A stretch of DNA of 64,000 nucleotides from Mobula hypostoma (taxonomy: Eukaryota). The stretch's first letter is position 1. Each line of letters starts with the position of its first letter. The stretch spans positions 219,482,001 through 219,546,000 of the forward strand of contig NC_086097.1 of NCBI RefSeq assembly GCF_963921235.1. Reading direction: 5' to 3'. A model generated the notes under the pieces. The model did no database searches. It worked only from the letters and a program-made list of their open reading frames with translations, and had not been told where the DNA came from. A program made the position numbers and the translations under genes. Shown in pieces: positions 1-13,974 of this stretch.

Positions 1-91
1 GATGGAAAGCGTGCAAGAGAGCCGGCTGGATTCGAACCAAGGAGCCTTTGCTCCGAAGTCTGGCGCTGATGCCGCATCCACCACCAGCTGG
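1..91 (-). mobile_element. tRNA-derived SINE head (truncated by window edge), abutting the Gypsy element
   Basis: Minus strand reads TGGTGGATGCGG (A-box-like) and GGTTCGAATCC (Pol III B box). No complete tRNA cloverleaf is evident. Confidence 0.65.
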
Positions 92-3000
92 ATGTCTTTA
101 GAAGAGAGCCAAACCTTCTGACCAGGTCGATAATTGGGTGCAGGAATTCGATGGCGATCGGCAATCCTCTGGTTGCGGTCAGTTGAGCGGAGCAGGGCCA
201 TGCGTGCATCCTGCCAGATCTTGCGGCACTGGCGGAGATGGCCTGAACTGAAGGCACAGCAATTTCGTCTTCATGGGCAGGAAACAGAGGGGGTTGGTAA
301 CTGAGGGAGCATTCGAAGGGAGACATTCTGGTGGTGGTGCTGGGTAGGGAGTTGTGGGCGTACTCCACCCAAGTGAGATGGGTGCTCCAGGATGACGGGT
401 TGTTGGTGGTTATGCAGCGCAGTGCTGCTTCCAAATCCTGGTTTGCTTGTTCCATTTGACCATTAGTCTGTGAATGGAAACCAGAAGACAGACTTTCTGA
501 GGCTCCAAGGGCTTGACAAAAGAATCTCCAGACTTGAGAGATGAATTGGTGGCCCCGGTCATAAATGATGTCAGAGGGAATTCCATGAAGGCAGAAGACG
601 TGACGGACAAGGAGGTTGGCTGTTTCACGGGCTGTAGGGAGTTTGGGAAGGGCTACAAAGTGCACGGCTTTGGAGAAACGGTCCACCACGGTGAGTACAG
701 CAGTGTTCCCATGTAAAGGGGGTAGTCCAGTAACGAAATCCAGAGCAATGTGAGACCAAGGGAGGCTAGGGACAGGTAGGGGACAAAGCAACCCAGCAGG
801 TGGTCGGTGGGAGGCATTTCCACGAGCACACACAGAACAGGCAGAGACGAAAGAGCGAGTGTCAGCATCCATGGAGGGTCACCAGAAATGTCACTTCAGA
901 AGGGACAGAGTTCGATCGATTCCAGGATGGCAGGCGAAACGAGAAGTATGCCCCCACTGGAGAATCTGAGACTGAACAGAGTCAGGCACAAAGAGGGGAC
1001 TGGGGGGTCCATTGCCTGGGTCAGGTTGAGTCCATTGGGCCTCTTTGACTATGGATTCCATTTCCCAGGTGAGGGCAGCCACCACGCAACCCTCCTCAGA
1101 GACATATTGATGGGACAGAGCATCAGGCTTCCTATTCTTGGAACCAGGAGGATAGGTGAGTGTGAATCTGAAATGGCCAAAAAATAATGCCCAGCGGGAT
1201 TGGCGGGAATTGGCGTTTGGCGGTTTGGATGTATGCGAGCTTCTTGTGGTCCGTCCAGATAATGAATGGATGGTCAGCTCCCTCCAGCCAGTGCCTCCAC
1301 TCCTCCAGAGCGAGTCTGATGGCTAACAACGCCCGGTTCCCAACATCGCAGTTCTGTTTGGCAGGGGATAGATGGCGAGCGAAGAAGGCGCAGGGATGGA
1401 GCTTTTGGTCTGGGATGGAGCGTTGGGAGAGGACCGCTCCCACCCCAGAGTCGGAGGCGTCGACTTCCACAATGAATTGGCGAGAGGGGTCAGGTTGGAC
1501 CAGGATAGGAGCGGAGGTGAAACATCTCTTCAGCTCCGAGAAGGCTGAGTCCACTTCAGGGTCCCAGTGAAAAGGGGTTACAGGAGAGGTGAGTCGAGTA
1601 AAGGGTGCTGCCACCCAGCTGTAAACCCTAATGAAGTGACGGTAGAAGTTTGCAAACCCCAGAAATCGCTGGAGTTGTTTGAGCACTGTGGGTTTTGGCC
1701 ACTCTGCCACCACCCGGATCTTTTCGGGATCCGCCCTCACTTGCCCGCTCTCAATGACGTACCCCAGGAAACTGACAGAACGGACATGGAATTTGCACTT
1801 CTCTGTCTTAATGAATAGCTTGTTCTCCAAAAGCCTCTGAAGAACCTGACAGACTTGGTGAGTGTGTTCCTGAAGACTATGGGAGAAGATTAAGATGATG
1901 TCCAAGTAAACAAAAATGAAACGGTTAATAAAGTCCCTAAGGACATCGTTTACCAGGGCTTGGAAGACGGTGGGGGCATTGGTGAGACCAAATGGCATGA
2001 CCAAATATTTGAAATGACCGAGGGGGGTGTTAAAAGCTGTTTTCCATTCATCTCTCTCCCTTATCCTGACCAGGTGATAAGCATCTTTGTAGATCCAACT
2101 TAGAGAAAATTGTGGCTCCGTGAAGCGGCTCAAAAGCTGAGTTGATAAGGGGCAGGAGATACTTATTCTTTATGGTGATGTTATTCAGGCCACGGTAGTC
2201 AATGCAGGGGCTGCATTGACAGTAGTTGATGCAGGGAAAGAGCAGGGAAACTGACTCTTTCCCTGCCTCCACGTCGCCTTTACGATTGCGCAATTGACCT
2301 TCTCCCCGGAGGTCCTCTACCCACCAGTCGTCTGTATAACCTGCCCCGACCAGAAAGGGAAGCAATGGAGACTTACCTAAATTACTCTGTCATGGCTGGT
2401 ATTATGCAACCGTCATCATCCCCTGTAGGCGCAGGTTTCTTCTTTGTGGGGCACTGAAGAAGAAAGTCCCGGTACTTCCCCAAATCCCCAGCGTAGTGCT
2501 CCAGTTCAGGTACGTGTGGCTCTCTTGACGGGGGTGTTGCTGACACACAGGGGGTTGCCGCTACAGGCTGTCTGGGCTGGTTAGACAGAGTTCCAGGAAT
2601 GGGTTGAGTAAACTGAGTGGATACATGGTCCACCTGGTCACCGATCTGCGTGATGTGAGCAGACAGGGAACGGAGGTTCTCCATGACCTCCCGGTGGAGT
2701 TGGCTGTGCTGTCCCAGTAGGGAATCCTGGCTGGCGAGGGCTTGCTGAAGGGTATTCGTGTCCGCTAGGTCTATGGTGGCTAGATGGTTCTGTTGCAACG
2801 AATGAGGCGAACCCAATCACAGGACACAGGCACGGAGGTTGTGTTAGGATGTAGACACAGGTGAGAGCGTTGAACGGCAAACAGGAGAGAGTGCAGGAAG
2901 GCAGGAGACAGGCAGAACTGGTTTTGACACGGAGCATAGAAAGGGAAGTGGCAGGTGGCAGACAAAGCTTTTCTTAGCACGGAGAGACGGAGTTACACAG

Positions 3001-3389
3001 GTAAACCTCGGTGCTGAGGTAAAACTTAAAATAGTTACCTTGACATGGAGAGACTGAGTTTCACAGGTGAACCTCAGAAATGGAGTAGAACGTAGAAAAC
3101 TTATCTTGACACAAAGAGACTGAGTTTCAAAGGAAATTCTCGGTACGGAACCAAAACTTAAAACTTAGGTTCTAAGTGGCCGGGAAACGTTAATTACCAC
3201 ACAGGCAAAACCAATGATCTGGCAACTAGTGGTTGCAAAACCGAGGTTCTTATGCTGCAGGTCTTGATGAAAACCAGGTGTGTCGCCATCAAAGGAAATC
3301 AGGAGTAAATGGGGAATTAATGGTCGGAACCATGGCACAATCAAAGGGAATTAGGAGAAAATGGGGAATTAACGGATGGGACCGTGACA
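92..3389 (-). mobile_element. Ty3/Gypsy (Sushi-like) LTR retrotransposon, decayed; 3' LTR lies outside the window
   Basis: Minus-strand pol pieces: RT ([48 protein letters not shown]), RNase H ([21 protein letters not shown]) and integrase HHCC region ([12 protein letters not shown]). A gag remnant (EPHVPELEHYAGDLG) lies at about 2450-2775. Many frameshifts. Confidence 0.95.
2791..3389 (-). repeat. 5' LTR of the Gypsy element (~600 bp), containing three ~66-bp internal tandem repeats (~2978-3170)
   Basis: Minus strand starts TGTCACGG at 3389 and ends GCAACA at 2791. It is followed by GAACCATCTAGCC and a mutated gag start (ATA GAC CTA GCG GAC). Confidence 0.75.
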
Positions 3390-5669
3390 GCTTGATGACT
3401 GAGAAAAACTTGTTCATACTGTGATTAGTATTTCTATGCTCATATCAGTAAGTGCATAGTTCACACCAATTCAATGCATTTTGAACAAATAACTTTCTTT
3501 GTCTTAATTGCTTTATCATTGATTTTTTATAAACCCATCTGAAAAAAAAAGAGTTGTCAGCTTTGGAACTCTTAAACTACATTTTCAGTGGCAGTTTGAT
3601 AGATGACATTCTCTGCCCTACACAGGCTATTTGCCAAGTGAATCAGACTGGCTATCAGCAATCTCCAAATCATTTTTTTTGCATCTCTATCAGAATAAAC
3701 ACATCATAATTTGAAGATAATAATCTTCTTTCCTTCCATAGCTTTAATGAACATTACAAAGCTTTAATTTTGTGCAAAGTTATAAAGGGACTCAGAGTGA
3801 TGTTCCAGAACCCTCTCACATCAGTCCGTTTTCTCACCCTCCTCACACCACAGACTGGCATAGTTCACACAGGATGAAAAGCATATCTCAAAAACAACAC
3901 TAAACTTCATTTTAGCTCGTGACTTGGATCTTCAGGTTTATCTTAAAAGGTTGGAGCAGTGCGAGAATGGTGGGTAACTGACCTTGCAGGGTTTCAGTTA
4001 TAAAGGCGCTTACTCATCTGGAATGAACGAACAATGGCACAGCTCTTCCATGTTCTATGTACTTTAACCTTCCTATCTCCACTGTGTGTACTAGTTTTGG
4101 TACTGCTAACCCATGAAATCAGAATATTTTAAAAAACTGTGAAATATAGAATTGACTAATGATTTTGTCATTTCTATATTTCTGGTGTGTAATATTTGTA
4201 TCAGGTAATCTACAATCTGGCATTCTGGCATTTTAGCTCCTCTAGGATTTTAATGTGCATCCACTTGATGGCTGCTGATACTTCTTTCAGGTTTAAATCT
4301 GCCTTCATCGTGAGCATGGGAAAGACTTTTTCGGGATTTGGCAGATAGAAAATAGATTACATTTGACAACTCACATTCGACAGCTGTGGCTAGCAGTGCA
4401 AAAGAAAAGCAAGCTAATATTGTGCTGATGCAGTGGTCTTCTGACACAATATTGATCAATTCCCCTCTCTTGGCTAAGGCAAGTTTGTGAGAGTAAAAGG
4501 TTAATGGTCTAGCTCTAAAAAATTTCCTTTCTGGCTTTTCAGTGTTGATTGAAGTGGTGAAGAGTGAAAGAAAGCTTGGATTCTGCTGTCATTAGCTAAA
4601 CTCAACGGTATTTACATAAGGTGTTGATTCAAACTTGTCAGCCTTTATTATTTCTCTTTGCTAAATGTTTGATTGGAAGTCAAGTGCATACATGGGAAGC
4701 TCAATGCTAATGCTCAATCCTAATTTTTTTTCAGACTTGGCACGAATCTTTATTGATGTGCCTGAGTTAAATGCCCTGTATTGAAATTATTCAAGAAGGC
4801 AGGCTAAAGTCTGTCTTAGTTCTGTCCAACGTCTGTGCCTAGATAATAGAGAACAATAGATAGCTGTCAGTGTATTGCGAATCAGTAATCCAATAAGGCA
4901 GTTTAGATGGCATCAAGCAACAGAATAGCTTACGGAATTTACAAAACTTCAATGAGTTTGCAGCATTTCTGATATAGCAAGAATGAGATAGCTTTAAATT
5001 TATTTACGTTATTCACCATATATATCACCCAGTTTGCTTTTCTTTATGTTTCCTATATAAGACCTTATTTTAGCATTTGCTGCTGTTTCTAGATATTAAC
5101 TGCTAAGTATGGATTCTACCTCATTGAACCCAGAGTATTATTAGATTAGTGTTACAGAACCTGAAGGGTTATTGGATTGGTGCACAGGATTTGCGGTGTT
5201 ACTAGATTACTGCTTACAGTGAGTGATAGGAAAATTCTCCTTCCTTTGTATAAGATGCAGCTATTAACTGTACCGCCTTTTGATACAATGCATCATGAGA
5301 ACATAAGAACGTTCATATCTACTGGTATTAGTTTTAGCTTTTCACGGGATTCCAGGATTTGACTTTAGTCACAAACACACTATTACCATTAAACCTTCTT
5401 GCCTAGAAATTGAATCATATAGCAGAATACAATTCAAAATCAATCTTACTTGGAGTAAGCAAAAACATAAAAACAGGAACTCAAGCGGTGGATATATTTG
5501 ACACCTTGGATCAAGAGCCGACATCAGGACTGAGAGGGAAGAGAAAAGGTTGCTAGTAGCAGTACAAGGATGCTGGGGGAATTGGGATAGAGGCTGGTTG
5601 GTGATAGGAGGAACCAGATGGGAAGGGGAATAATGAGCAGATAGAATATAAACTAACTATGAAATCAGA

Positions 5670-6680
5670 CTCTCTAGTCCAGTTGACAACCTTATGAATC
5701 ATTTCTAAACCTTCTCCCATGTTTTCACATCATTCCTGCACATAATACTCCAAATGCAGCCCAATCAATGTTTTACACAAGTGTAACGTAATGTCCCAAA
5801 TCTTGTATTCAATGCCTAATCTGATGAAGGTGAGCAAATCATACACATTCACTACCTTTTCTACCAGTGTTGCCACTTTCAGGGAGCTATCTACTTATAC
5901 CCCAAGGTCACTCTGTTCCCCAAAACCCTGCAGTTCACTGCGTCAGTCCTACCCTGATTTAACTTCCCAAAATGCATCACTGGCACTTGTTGGAATTGAG
6001 TTCCATCAGCCAGTTCCTTGCCCACTTTCCCAGATGACTTCTATCCCGTTGTCACCTTTGAAAACCTTTATCACTATCTATTGTACTGTCAATTTTGGTG
6101 TCATCTGCAAATTCATGAGTCACGCAACTTACATTCCCATCCATAGCGTGAGTATATATGACAAGCAGCAGGTGATCCAGTATTGATCCCTGCAGAACAC
6201 CACCTGTCAGAGGCCTCCAATCCGAAAAGTAACCCTCTATTTCCACCTTCTTTTCCTACCCATCTCATACCCAATTTCCTAGCTCATCCTGGATCCTATA
6301 TGCTCCAACCTTCTTGGACAGTCAACTATGCAGGACCAAGTCAAAGTCCTCATCAAGGTCCCTATAGCCAATGTCTACCACCCTCCCCTTGTCAATCCTC
6401 TTGGTTCAGTCAAATTTGTGAGACATGACTTCCCACACACAAAGCCATGCTGACTATCCCTAATCATTCATTGCCTTTCCAAATAAATCCTATCACTCAG
6501 ATCCTTTCCAATAACTTTCCCAGAACTGACATATGACTCGTTGGCCTGTAGTTCCCCCGTTTATCTCTGCTCCTTTTTTAATTAAGAAACATTAGTTATC
6601 CTCTAGTCTTCTGCTACGTCAGCTATGGCTAACAAACATACAAAAATCTCTGCCAGGGCCCCAGCAATCTCCTCCTTTTC
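5670..6680 (-). mobile_element. CR1 LINE fragment (older), flanked by decayed Penelope 3'-repeat remnants
   Basis: ORF 6052-6246 reads FSDWRPLTGGVLQGSIL...HEFADDTKI (RT motifs). The flanks at ~5460-5650 and ~6700-6815 resemble the PLE tail. Confidence 0.85.
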
Positions 6681-7319
6681 ACCCCATAACATTATTTTTC
6701 CTTTCAGTCCCAATAGAGGGTCTCAACCGAAAACATTGACTTATTCCTTTTGCTTGATCCATTGATTTTTTTTCCAGTATCCTGTTCTTTGTTCCCAATT
6801 TCAGCATCTGCAGTCTCTTTTGCTTTTTTTTTATCTTCAAGGAACAGTGCCAGCATAATTTCTCAAATAATTTTAGCTGGAAAATTGCATTGGTCACAAT
6901 TCCTGTTAATGTGCCAGTCATTTTCCTGGTGCTAGACATGATCTTTAATATCTTTTATATCTTTTTGCCCGTACTGAAATAAATTGGACTCCAAAGCTCC
7001 ATAACTGACCATCATAGAACAGTCTCAGGAGATTCATTAAAGATGACGTGTCTGGTTCACAATTTAAAGCAACACTTTGCTGACATTGAAACACCTCGCG
7101 GGGCAGCATCAGAAATGGCTGCACAATCTTTCTGTAATGTCCATACATTAGAGTAAAACTACAACAGAGTGTTTGCTGTAATGTTTAACTGTTGAAATTC
7201 TCTTCAATGGGAGCTCTAATGGCATTACTGTTGGCAAGAATCCATTACTTGGGGCTTGAGACCCCAGCAAAGGAGGCAAAGACAAGTTCATTTGTGAAGA
7301 CCCTTTGCGACGACCAAAC

Positions 7320-7640
7320 TGGGCCTGATCCTATCTGCGTCTCGGCTATCAATGTGTTCCACATCCCAAAAAGCATACTGTTGGAATGGTTCATTGGCTA
7401 CTGTAGGTTACTTCCCTGCATTAGGGAAACCAAACACAGATTATGCGACCACTTTGTTCAGCCAACAAGAGCAACACAGAGCTTCAATTACGCATCACTT
7501 TAATTCAAGATTTCACTCACACTCTGGTCTATGTGTCTGTGGCATTCTGCACTGTTCCAAAAAGACCCAATGAGGAACAGCATGCCTTTTTTCCATATGA
7601 GTAAGTTATAGCCTTTTGGATTCAATGCAGAACTCAAAAA
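7320..7640 (+). mobile_element. Old Penelope GIY-YIG endonuclease fragment
   Basis: YCRLLPCIRETKHRLCDHF matches CGLLYIGETRRRLGDRF in the younger copies in this window. Confidence 0.65.
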
Positions 7641-10600
7641 CTACTTTAATTTTCGAGCGGAAAAGTGAGAGTAGAATAGAGAATTAAAGTGACAGGCAAC
7701 TTGCTTTCTTTATTCATATCAGAACTGACCAATTCTACCGTAGGTGGCCCACTAGCATAGGCAACTTGGATTTTTGTTTCTCCATTGTCACTGCCTGATC
7801 TGCTGGACATTTCCTACAGCACTGATCAGCATTTTGTCCTTTTTACTTTTTGTTTCTTTTCTATTTCTAGCCTACCTCAATAATCTAAAACCAGTTAACT
7901 TCATCAAAGGCAGCTCTAGTCCCACCCTATCAGAAATACTTCTTTTGTCCCTTCAATCCATTCCCCCCTCTCTCTGCAATTTAAAACTAGCTTGCTTCTC
8001 CTCTTTCCCAGTTCTGGGGATATAGGGCCTTTCACCTGAAAGCTACCTCTGCTTCTCTTTCCAGGAATGCTGCCTAATTGTCCTAAACCTTGCTTTTCCT
8101 GAGGTTTGAATGTCTCTCCACTGCAGCTCTGGAAGCATCCCTCTGATCAGCAACCTTCCTCCAACTCCCATTGCTAAGACGTCCTCTGCCTGCCCGTCCC
8201 AAGACATTTTTTTTTCCATTCCAAAAGCCTATAATTCTCCATCCTTTGCCTTAATGACATCCTCTTCCTCCAGTCTTAATTTTTGTTTCTTCTCTCAACA
8301 GCCCACAACTCTCTATTTCCCAATCCGCAACCATACGTTTTCTCTTTGCTTCCCAGTCACTAGGACACTCTCGAGCCATGACCCTTGCATTTTACTTAGA
8401 CCTCTCTCTGTTTCTGGAGGGATCATCATGCAGAGGCTGAACTATTGCTATTGGGATAATGGGATCAGTTTATGGTTAGGTAGTTCTATCTTACTTTAAA
8501 CCCCACTCCTACACACTAAATCTGTCCCCAATTATTCTGCAAAATTCATCACAAAATGCTTTAAAGATGAATTCTTCAGAAGCTTAGGCCGAAAGATTTC
8601 GAATTGATTTTTTTCAGTCAATCATTCACAACCTTTTCAATGATTCTTGTGACACTTTGCAGCATTTTGCAACTATTGCATTTATTTAAAAGAAAAATTC
8701 TCCTTCCCATTAGGTCCTTTAATGCATTTTCCATTCAGAGAACAGCAATTCATTGTGTCTGCTCCCAAAGCTATAACAATACTACTCTTGAGTAAGAAAT
8801 TAGGATGGACATTTTGGGATTTACTTCTATCCAATCCATTTAGTGCCAGCTTTTTTTTTCCTGCACAACCTTTAGCAACTGCAATCCTTTGCACGTGCCA
8901 GCAAAAGCTGATTGTAGCTGATATTTAGAAAATAGCGCTACACAATTATCAAAGTATTTACTTAATATGATAAATGCACTTGTTTCCTAATTAGCTGTTT
9001 GCTTCTAATGATAAAGGACATCTATTCCAGCCCACAAGCAGCTCATTCCTTGATCTGCATGGCTCAATCAGCGAAGTGAGGACTGCAGGTGGGAAAGAAT
9101 GAGCAAAGCTACCTTTGTGTGTAGCGGCAAATTGGAATCAGGCCTCTTTCACACACAGCAGTTCCTGTGGCATCTAGAGCCCTCATCATGACTGTGGGTG
9201 TGAGTTCACTGGGTGGGGAACATTATGCCTGCATATTAGCCCAGCGGATGTGGTGGGCTTGGAGCATCTGACATTCTCACAGAACATTCCTAAGAATATT
9301 TGTAATCTACAGAAAATAGTTGACAAAATAGATAAGAACTCTAGCCTGAAGCAGAATGCTTACCTTATGTTCACCTTACATAATGAAGGTGTGTTTTCAC
9401 ATTCTTAACTTTTGAAAATGCATAACGTTAAAGGCAGGCACAACGAAAATAGTTACCAGGTTATTTTCAATTTTTTTTTTGCCTGTTGCATGAGCTTGTC
9501 GGTCCTGTGAATGTCGGATGAACAGAAAAGCATGCTTTTGAATGATGCATACAGCGATAAATAGACAGCCTTTAATCACTGAACCTGAATACAATGTGCA
9601 CTGTGTTTTTCTAAAGAAAAATGCTTAAGACATTCAACAATACATCTTTCTTTGGTACTATGCATAGTTGTTACCTTCCTGCATTTAGTGTAATCATATG
9701 AGTCATTAGTCGTAATGAAGAAAAATATCTGAAATTTGAGGATAAGCCAGTGATTGTTCACTCCACAGGAGAAAAAACTTTCGAACAGTATCAAAACCAT
9801 TAGGAAAGTGCTTTAATTGATTCCAAGTCACTTCAAAGGTCAGCAGAGAGGGGCATTGCATGTTTTTCAAGCTGGTAAGATAGAAAGCACTATTAACTAC
9901 TTTGGAAGAGAATGTGGGAATTATGCATTTCCAAGTTATCACTGGCTAGAGCACAGCTCTTCCTGACTAACTAACTCTTGATCCTGAGTGTGGAAAATCT
10001 TCATCATCAGATCACAGTCATTGCCCTGCTGCTTTCTTTCCTTTTTCTGTTTTTTAAAAATTTTCAGATGGCTGTTAAGCTTTAATGTCTCAAGAGTTCA
10101 GAAATGTTTCTTATTGATAGCAAAACTAAGGAAACTGAAGTGAAATGTTTACTTATAAGCAGACAATGTATTTTGGAAGTGTGCACCAGCACGTTTATAG
10201 AGCTGTGGACATTTTATAAAAGACTAAAGCAGCTGGAGTTTCTTTGACGATATTTTCACATGACATATAGTCATAACGTGGATCTGACAGTTTTTGGGTT
10301 TCCTTTGATACTTCCTGCTTGTAGACGAGAATTATAAACGACAGCTTTTAAATGTGGGAGGAAATCTAAATCCTCTGAGCAGAAATTTAGAGAGGAACCT
10401 GGGGCTTGGAACAGTTGGATGGAGAATATTTTGCCCTAAGTACATGTGCAGAGGTGATCCATGTCTCTTTTACCCAATGTCACTGGAGTATAGTTTCTAG
10501 TATCTCTTTGTGTGATGGCAAGTGAAACTTAGATGTGCAGATCAGTGAGTTTTCTATTGCTCTGCGTGAAACATTTGTTATCGAGCAAATCCTTGTAGGA

Positions 10601-11479
10601 AATTGATCCTACACAAACTGATGCCAGGTCTCGAACACTTAAAGTGGACGTGACCCAGTCAAGTGCACACTGCTTGAAGCTGCTCCAAAACTTTCCGGCT
10701 CCAGTGCCGATATAGATCCACAGACAGGCAGCAAGCAAACTCCCAGGTTGCTGCGATGCCTTGATGAATGAATGGAGAGCTGCTGAAAGGTACACCAGGA
10801 ATACCAGGACGCCACCTCAGTTAGAGGTGAAACATCATTGGGAGGAAGTGGCCACTTAGTAGTGAGTCACCACAAGACTAGGTCCAGTGCAGGCAGAGGT
10901 TGAATGATCTCACACGCTTGATCACACTTCGATCATCATGCCTTCTGACAAATCCAGCAGAACAATGCTCATGTTCACAGACACACACAACTTTTCTACA
11001 ATGGCAGGCATTCCCCTTCAGTGCCCAAGGGTCACAAGAAAACTGGTGGCAAGAACAGCTCATCTGAAGTTGGGTGAGAAGGGGAAGGTCAAGGTGGGCT
11101 GTTCTTCCAGTCTCAGCTTGCTGGGCTGGATGATCTGTGCAGCCATTAATGGCTTGGTGCCCTAAAGTCTACATAATAGTCGATGATGTGGGTGACGGCC
11201 AGCAAAAAGTTTATCTTCCCCTTCAAACTTCTCCTCCCTTCCCTCCAACAAATGACCTGCCATTGTACATGTGTGTGTCAACCGAATGCATCTCTCAACA
11301 GCACCTTTCTCTTCTCCACTGTCATCCTCCCTTAAACTTGCAGGATTGCTGAGATCAACTTCAGTGACTGCACTTTCTTCACCTGGGGAGATTGCTGCAC
11401 CAGCAGTTCTGCTTGGAGGACTTAGAGGGTGACTCTTATAGGAGAAGCTATACAAGAAGGCACTATCAGATGCACATAA

Positions 11480-12015
11480 TAAGACCCTGGGATATAGGAG
11501 CAGAATTAGGCCATTTGGTTTATCGAGTCTGTTCTGCCATTTCATCATGGCTGATTCATTTTCCCTCTCAGCCCCAAACTCCTCTCTTCTCCCTGTATCC
11601 CTTTATGCCCTGACCAATCAAGAATCCATCAACCTCTACCTTATTATATGTAAAGACCTGGCCTCCACAGATTCACCGACCTCTGGCTGAAGAAATTCCT
11701 CCTCATCTCCATTCTAAAAGGATGTCCCTCTATGCTGTGGTCCCCTGGTCCTAGATTCTCCACCCATAGGAATCATCTTTTCCACATCCACTCTATCAAA
11801 GTCTTTAAACATTCGATAGGTTTCATTGCAGTCACCCTCATTCTTCTGAACTCCAGTGAATACAGGCTCAGAGCCATCAAACGTTCTTCATATGATGAGC
11901 CGTTCAGCCCTGGAATCATTTTTATGAACCTCCTTTGGACCGTCTCCAGTTTCAGCACATGCTTTCTAAGATAAGGGGCCCAAAATTGCTCATAGCACTC
12001 CAAGTGAGGCTCTCA
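11480..12015 (-). mobile_element. CR1 LINE 3' end
   Basis: ORF 11773-12003 reads EQFWAPYLRKHVLKLETVQRRF...LYSLEFRRMR, with a CR1-type 3' UTR and tail. Confidence 0.9.
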
Positions 12016-13974
12016 CAACATTCACAATATGGGTATGTCCAGCACATTGTCACCTGGCTAAGAGTTTTTGAGAAGTCCCAAAACATGGAGAATCATTCTC
12101 CAAAGTTATGTGAAGATTTCATGGAGCCAGGTGCCAATACACCATTCAGAAATTGGTTGATATCTCAGTACTAGCCAGGATACAACCATTAGAGTCACAA
12201 AGTTGTAGCGTCATGGAGCCCAGAAGCAGACCTTTGTGCTTATTATACCCATGCTTACCATCAATCCATTAGATGAGGTTCCCAATTCTAAGGCAGCAAA
12301 AGTGGATGCTGCCCAAGGTCTGCATGCAGCATTGAAGATCAGTCTATTCCAGCAAAGATCTACTTGGTGGTAGCTAGGTGTAGACTTCTCCCAGTGAGGC
12401 ACAGACTGCTGGACGGCACAGGTCGAGAGGCAATGATGATAGTGAGTCGCTGAATCACGAAGCCCCAGGCTCACGTGCGGGTAAACTGGACATCCGGCCC
12501 ACTGAGACTGTACCCACGATCAAATATCAACCTTTTCTGGCCCTATTTTTGCAGCCCTCATTCTATTGCCTTCTAGGCCACGGCCCGTGTTCATCGAAAT
12601 ACATCTTAAGTGTTATGAGAGCAGCTGCCTCGACCACCCACTCAGTTAGTGGATTTTAGGGTGATGATACAATGGACACAGAAAGTACCTGGGCTAGGAT
12701 TTGAGGCACTTGCTTTGAGTTGCCATTTCCAGTTGTCCTTTGATATCAGCTTCATGAGACTGTAGGAGAGAGCCCCACCTTTCAAGTGCCATGGACTAGG
12801 GAGGCAAAGACACAACCATCAGTGATGATCAGTTTTTGCAATTTGATTATTAATAGAATCAGAATCAGGTTTTTTTATTACATGAAATTTGTTATCTTGC
12901 AGCAGTACAGTGCAGGGCAAAACTTACTAAAAGTTAACAACGTAAATAGTGCAAAAGGTCAGGAATGAGGTAGTGTTCCTGAGTTCAGAACGTGCATACA
13001 ATGTACGTGATGAAAAAAATGGCACTAGGACCGAGCTCTGAGAGAGGCCATTAGTTTGCTCTCTTTGATAGTTAATAAATTAGCTTATTACTTTTAAAGC
13101 CACAGCCACATGGTCATTGTTTGACCAAACAAGCAGAACTCATTCAGCCTTTGAGTTTAGATATTAACCTGCTGCCAGGTGGGCTATTGTTAGACGTTTC
13201 AAAGCATTGGAGTGATGCCACTAACTGTCTTCACAATACAATGGTAAACCAATGTCATGCTTTGCTGTCTCGAGTACGCTCGGTCAGCTCTGAGACACAG
13301 TTCCCATTGTTTACTTGCCTGATACCACAGTCCCAAGACAGAGCTCTGACATGGTAACAGAAGACCAGAATCAGAATCAGGCTTAAGATCACTGTGCTGA
13401 GAAATCTGTTGTTTTTGTGTTTGCATTACAGTGCAAGACATAAAAATTATTATAAATTGTAATAAAAACAAACTAAGTATACAAAGCAAAACGAGAATGT
13501 TCATAGGTATGTTCACAAAACCTCCTTGAAAAAATCATAACATATTTTCCAACTCTAGGGAATCCTAGACCAGTAAAAAATCAAAATGGAGAAGGACCAT
13601 TTGATATGGTATTGGGAATACTGATACAATATTTTGGGAGCACACGGACAAGTTCCTAAAAAAAAACCTCACTGGCTTCAGACGAAAATATTCTTCTCAA
13701 CACCTTCCTGCAGGCAAGGCTCTGTCTCTACCTACTGCAATAGCTGGGAAATCTACATAATGGATAGAAGTTTGTTGTTAGAAGCCACATGCGTAGCTGC
13801 TACATGTTGTCCGTGATTCACAGTGCTCCAATCTGTAACCAAACAATCAGTTATGATTATTTTCCGATCAGACTGCATTGTGTTGCCAGGAGATAAAATG
13901 CAATCAAACCCCTGCCCGTTTTCTGGGATGGTTTCAAAATGTATTTGCAGCAGAATTTCATAAACACAAGAGGT

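Noticed and set aside
1..91. tRNA gene
   Set aside because: Only A/B-box-like motifs without a convincing cloverleaf, so better explained as a SINE head.
6842..7150. Hydrophobic exon-like frame (SWKIALVTIPVNVPVIFLVLDMIF...)
   Set aside because: In-frame stop, weak donor, no recognisable family, and it adjoins a repeat tail.
13100..13970. NDK-like motifs suggesting a decayed ciliary gene
   Set aside because: The resemblance needs several stop-codon repairs and frame choices, so it cannot be told from chance or old LINE sequence.
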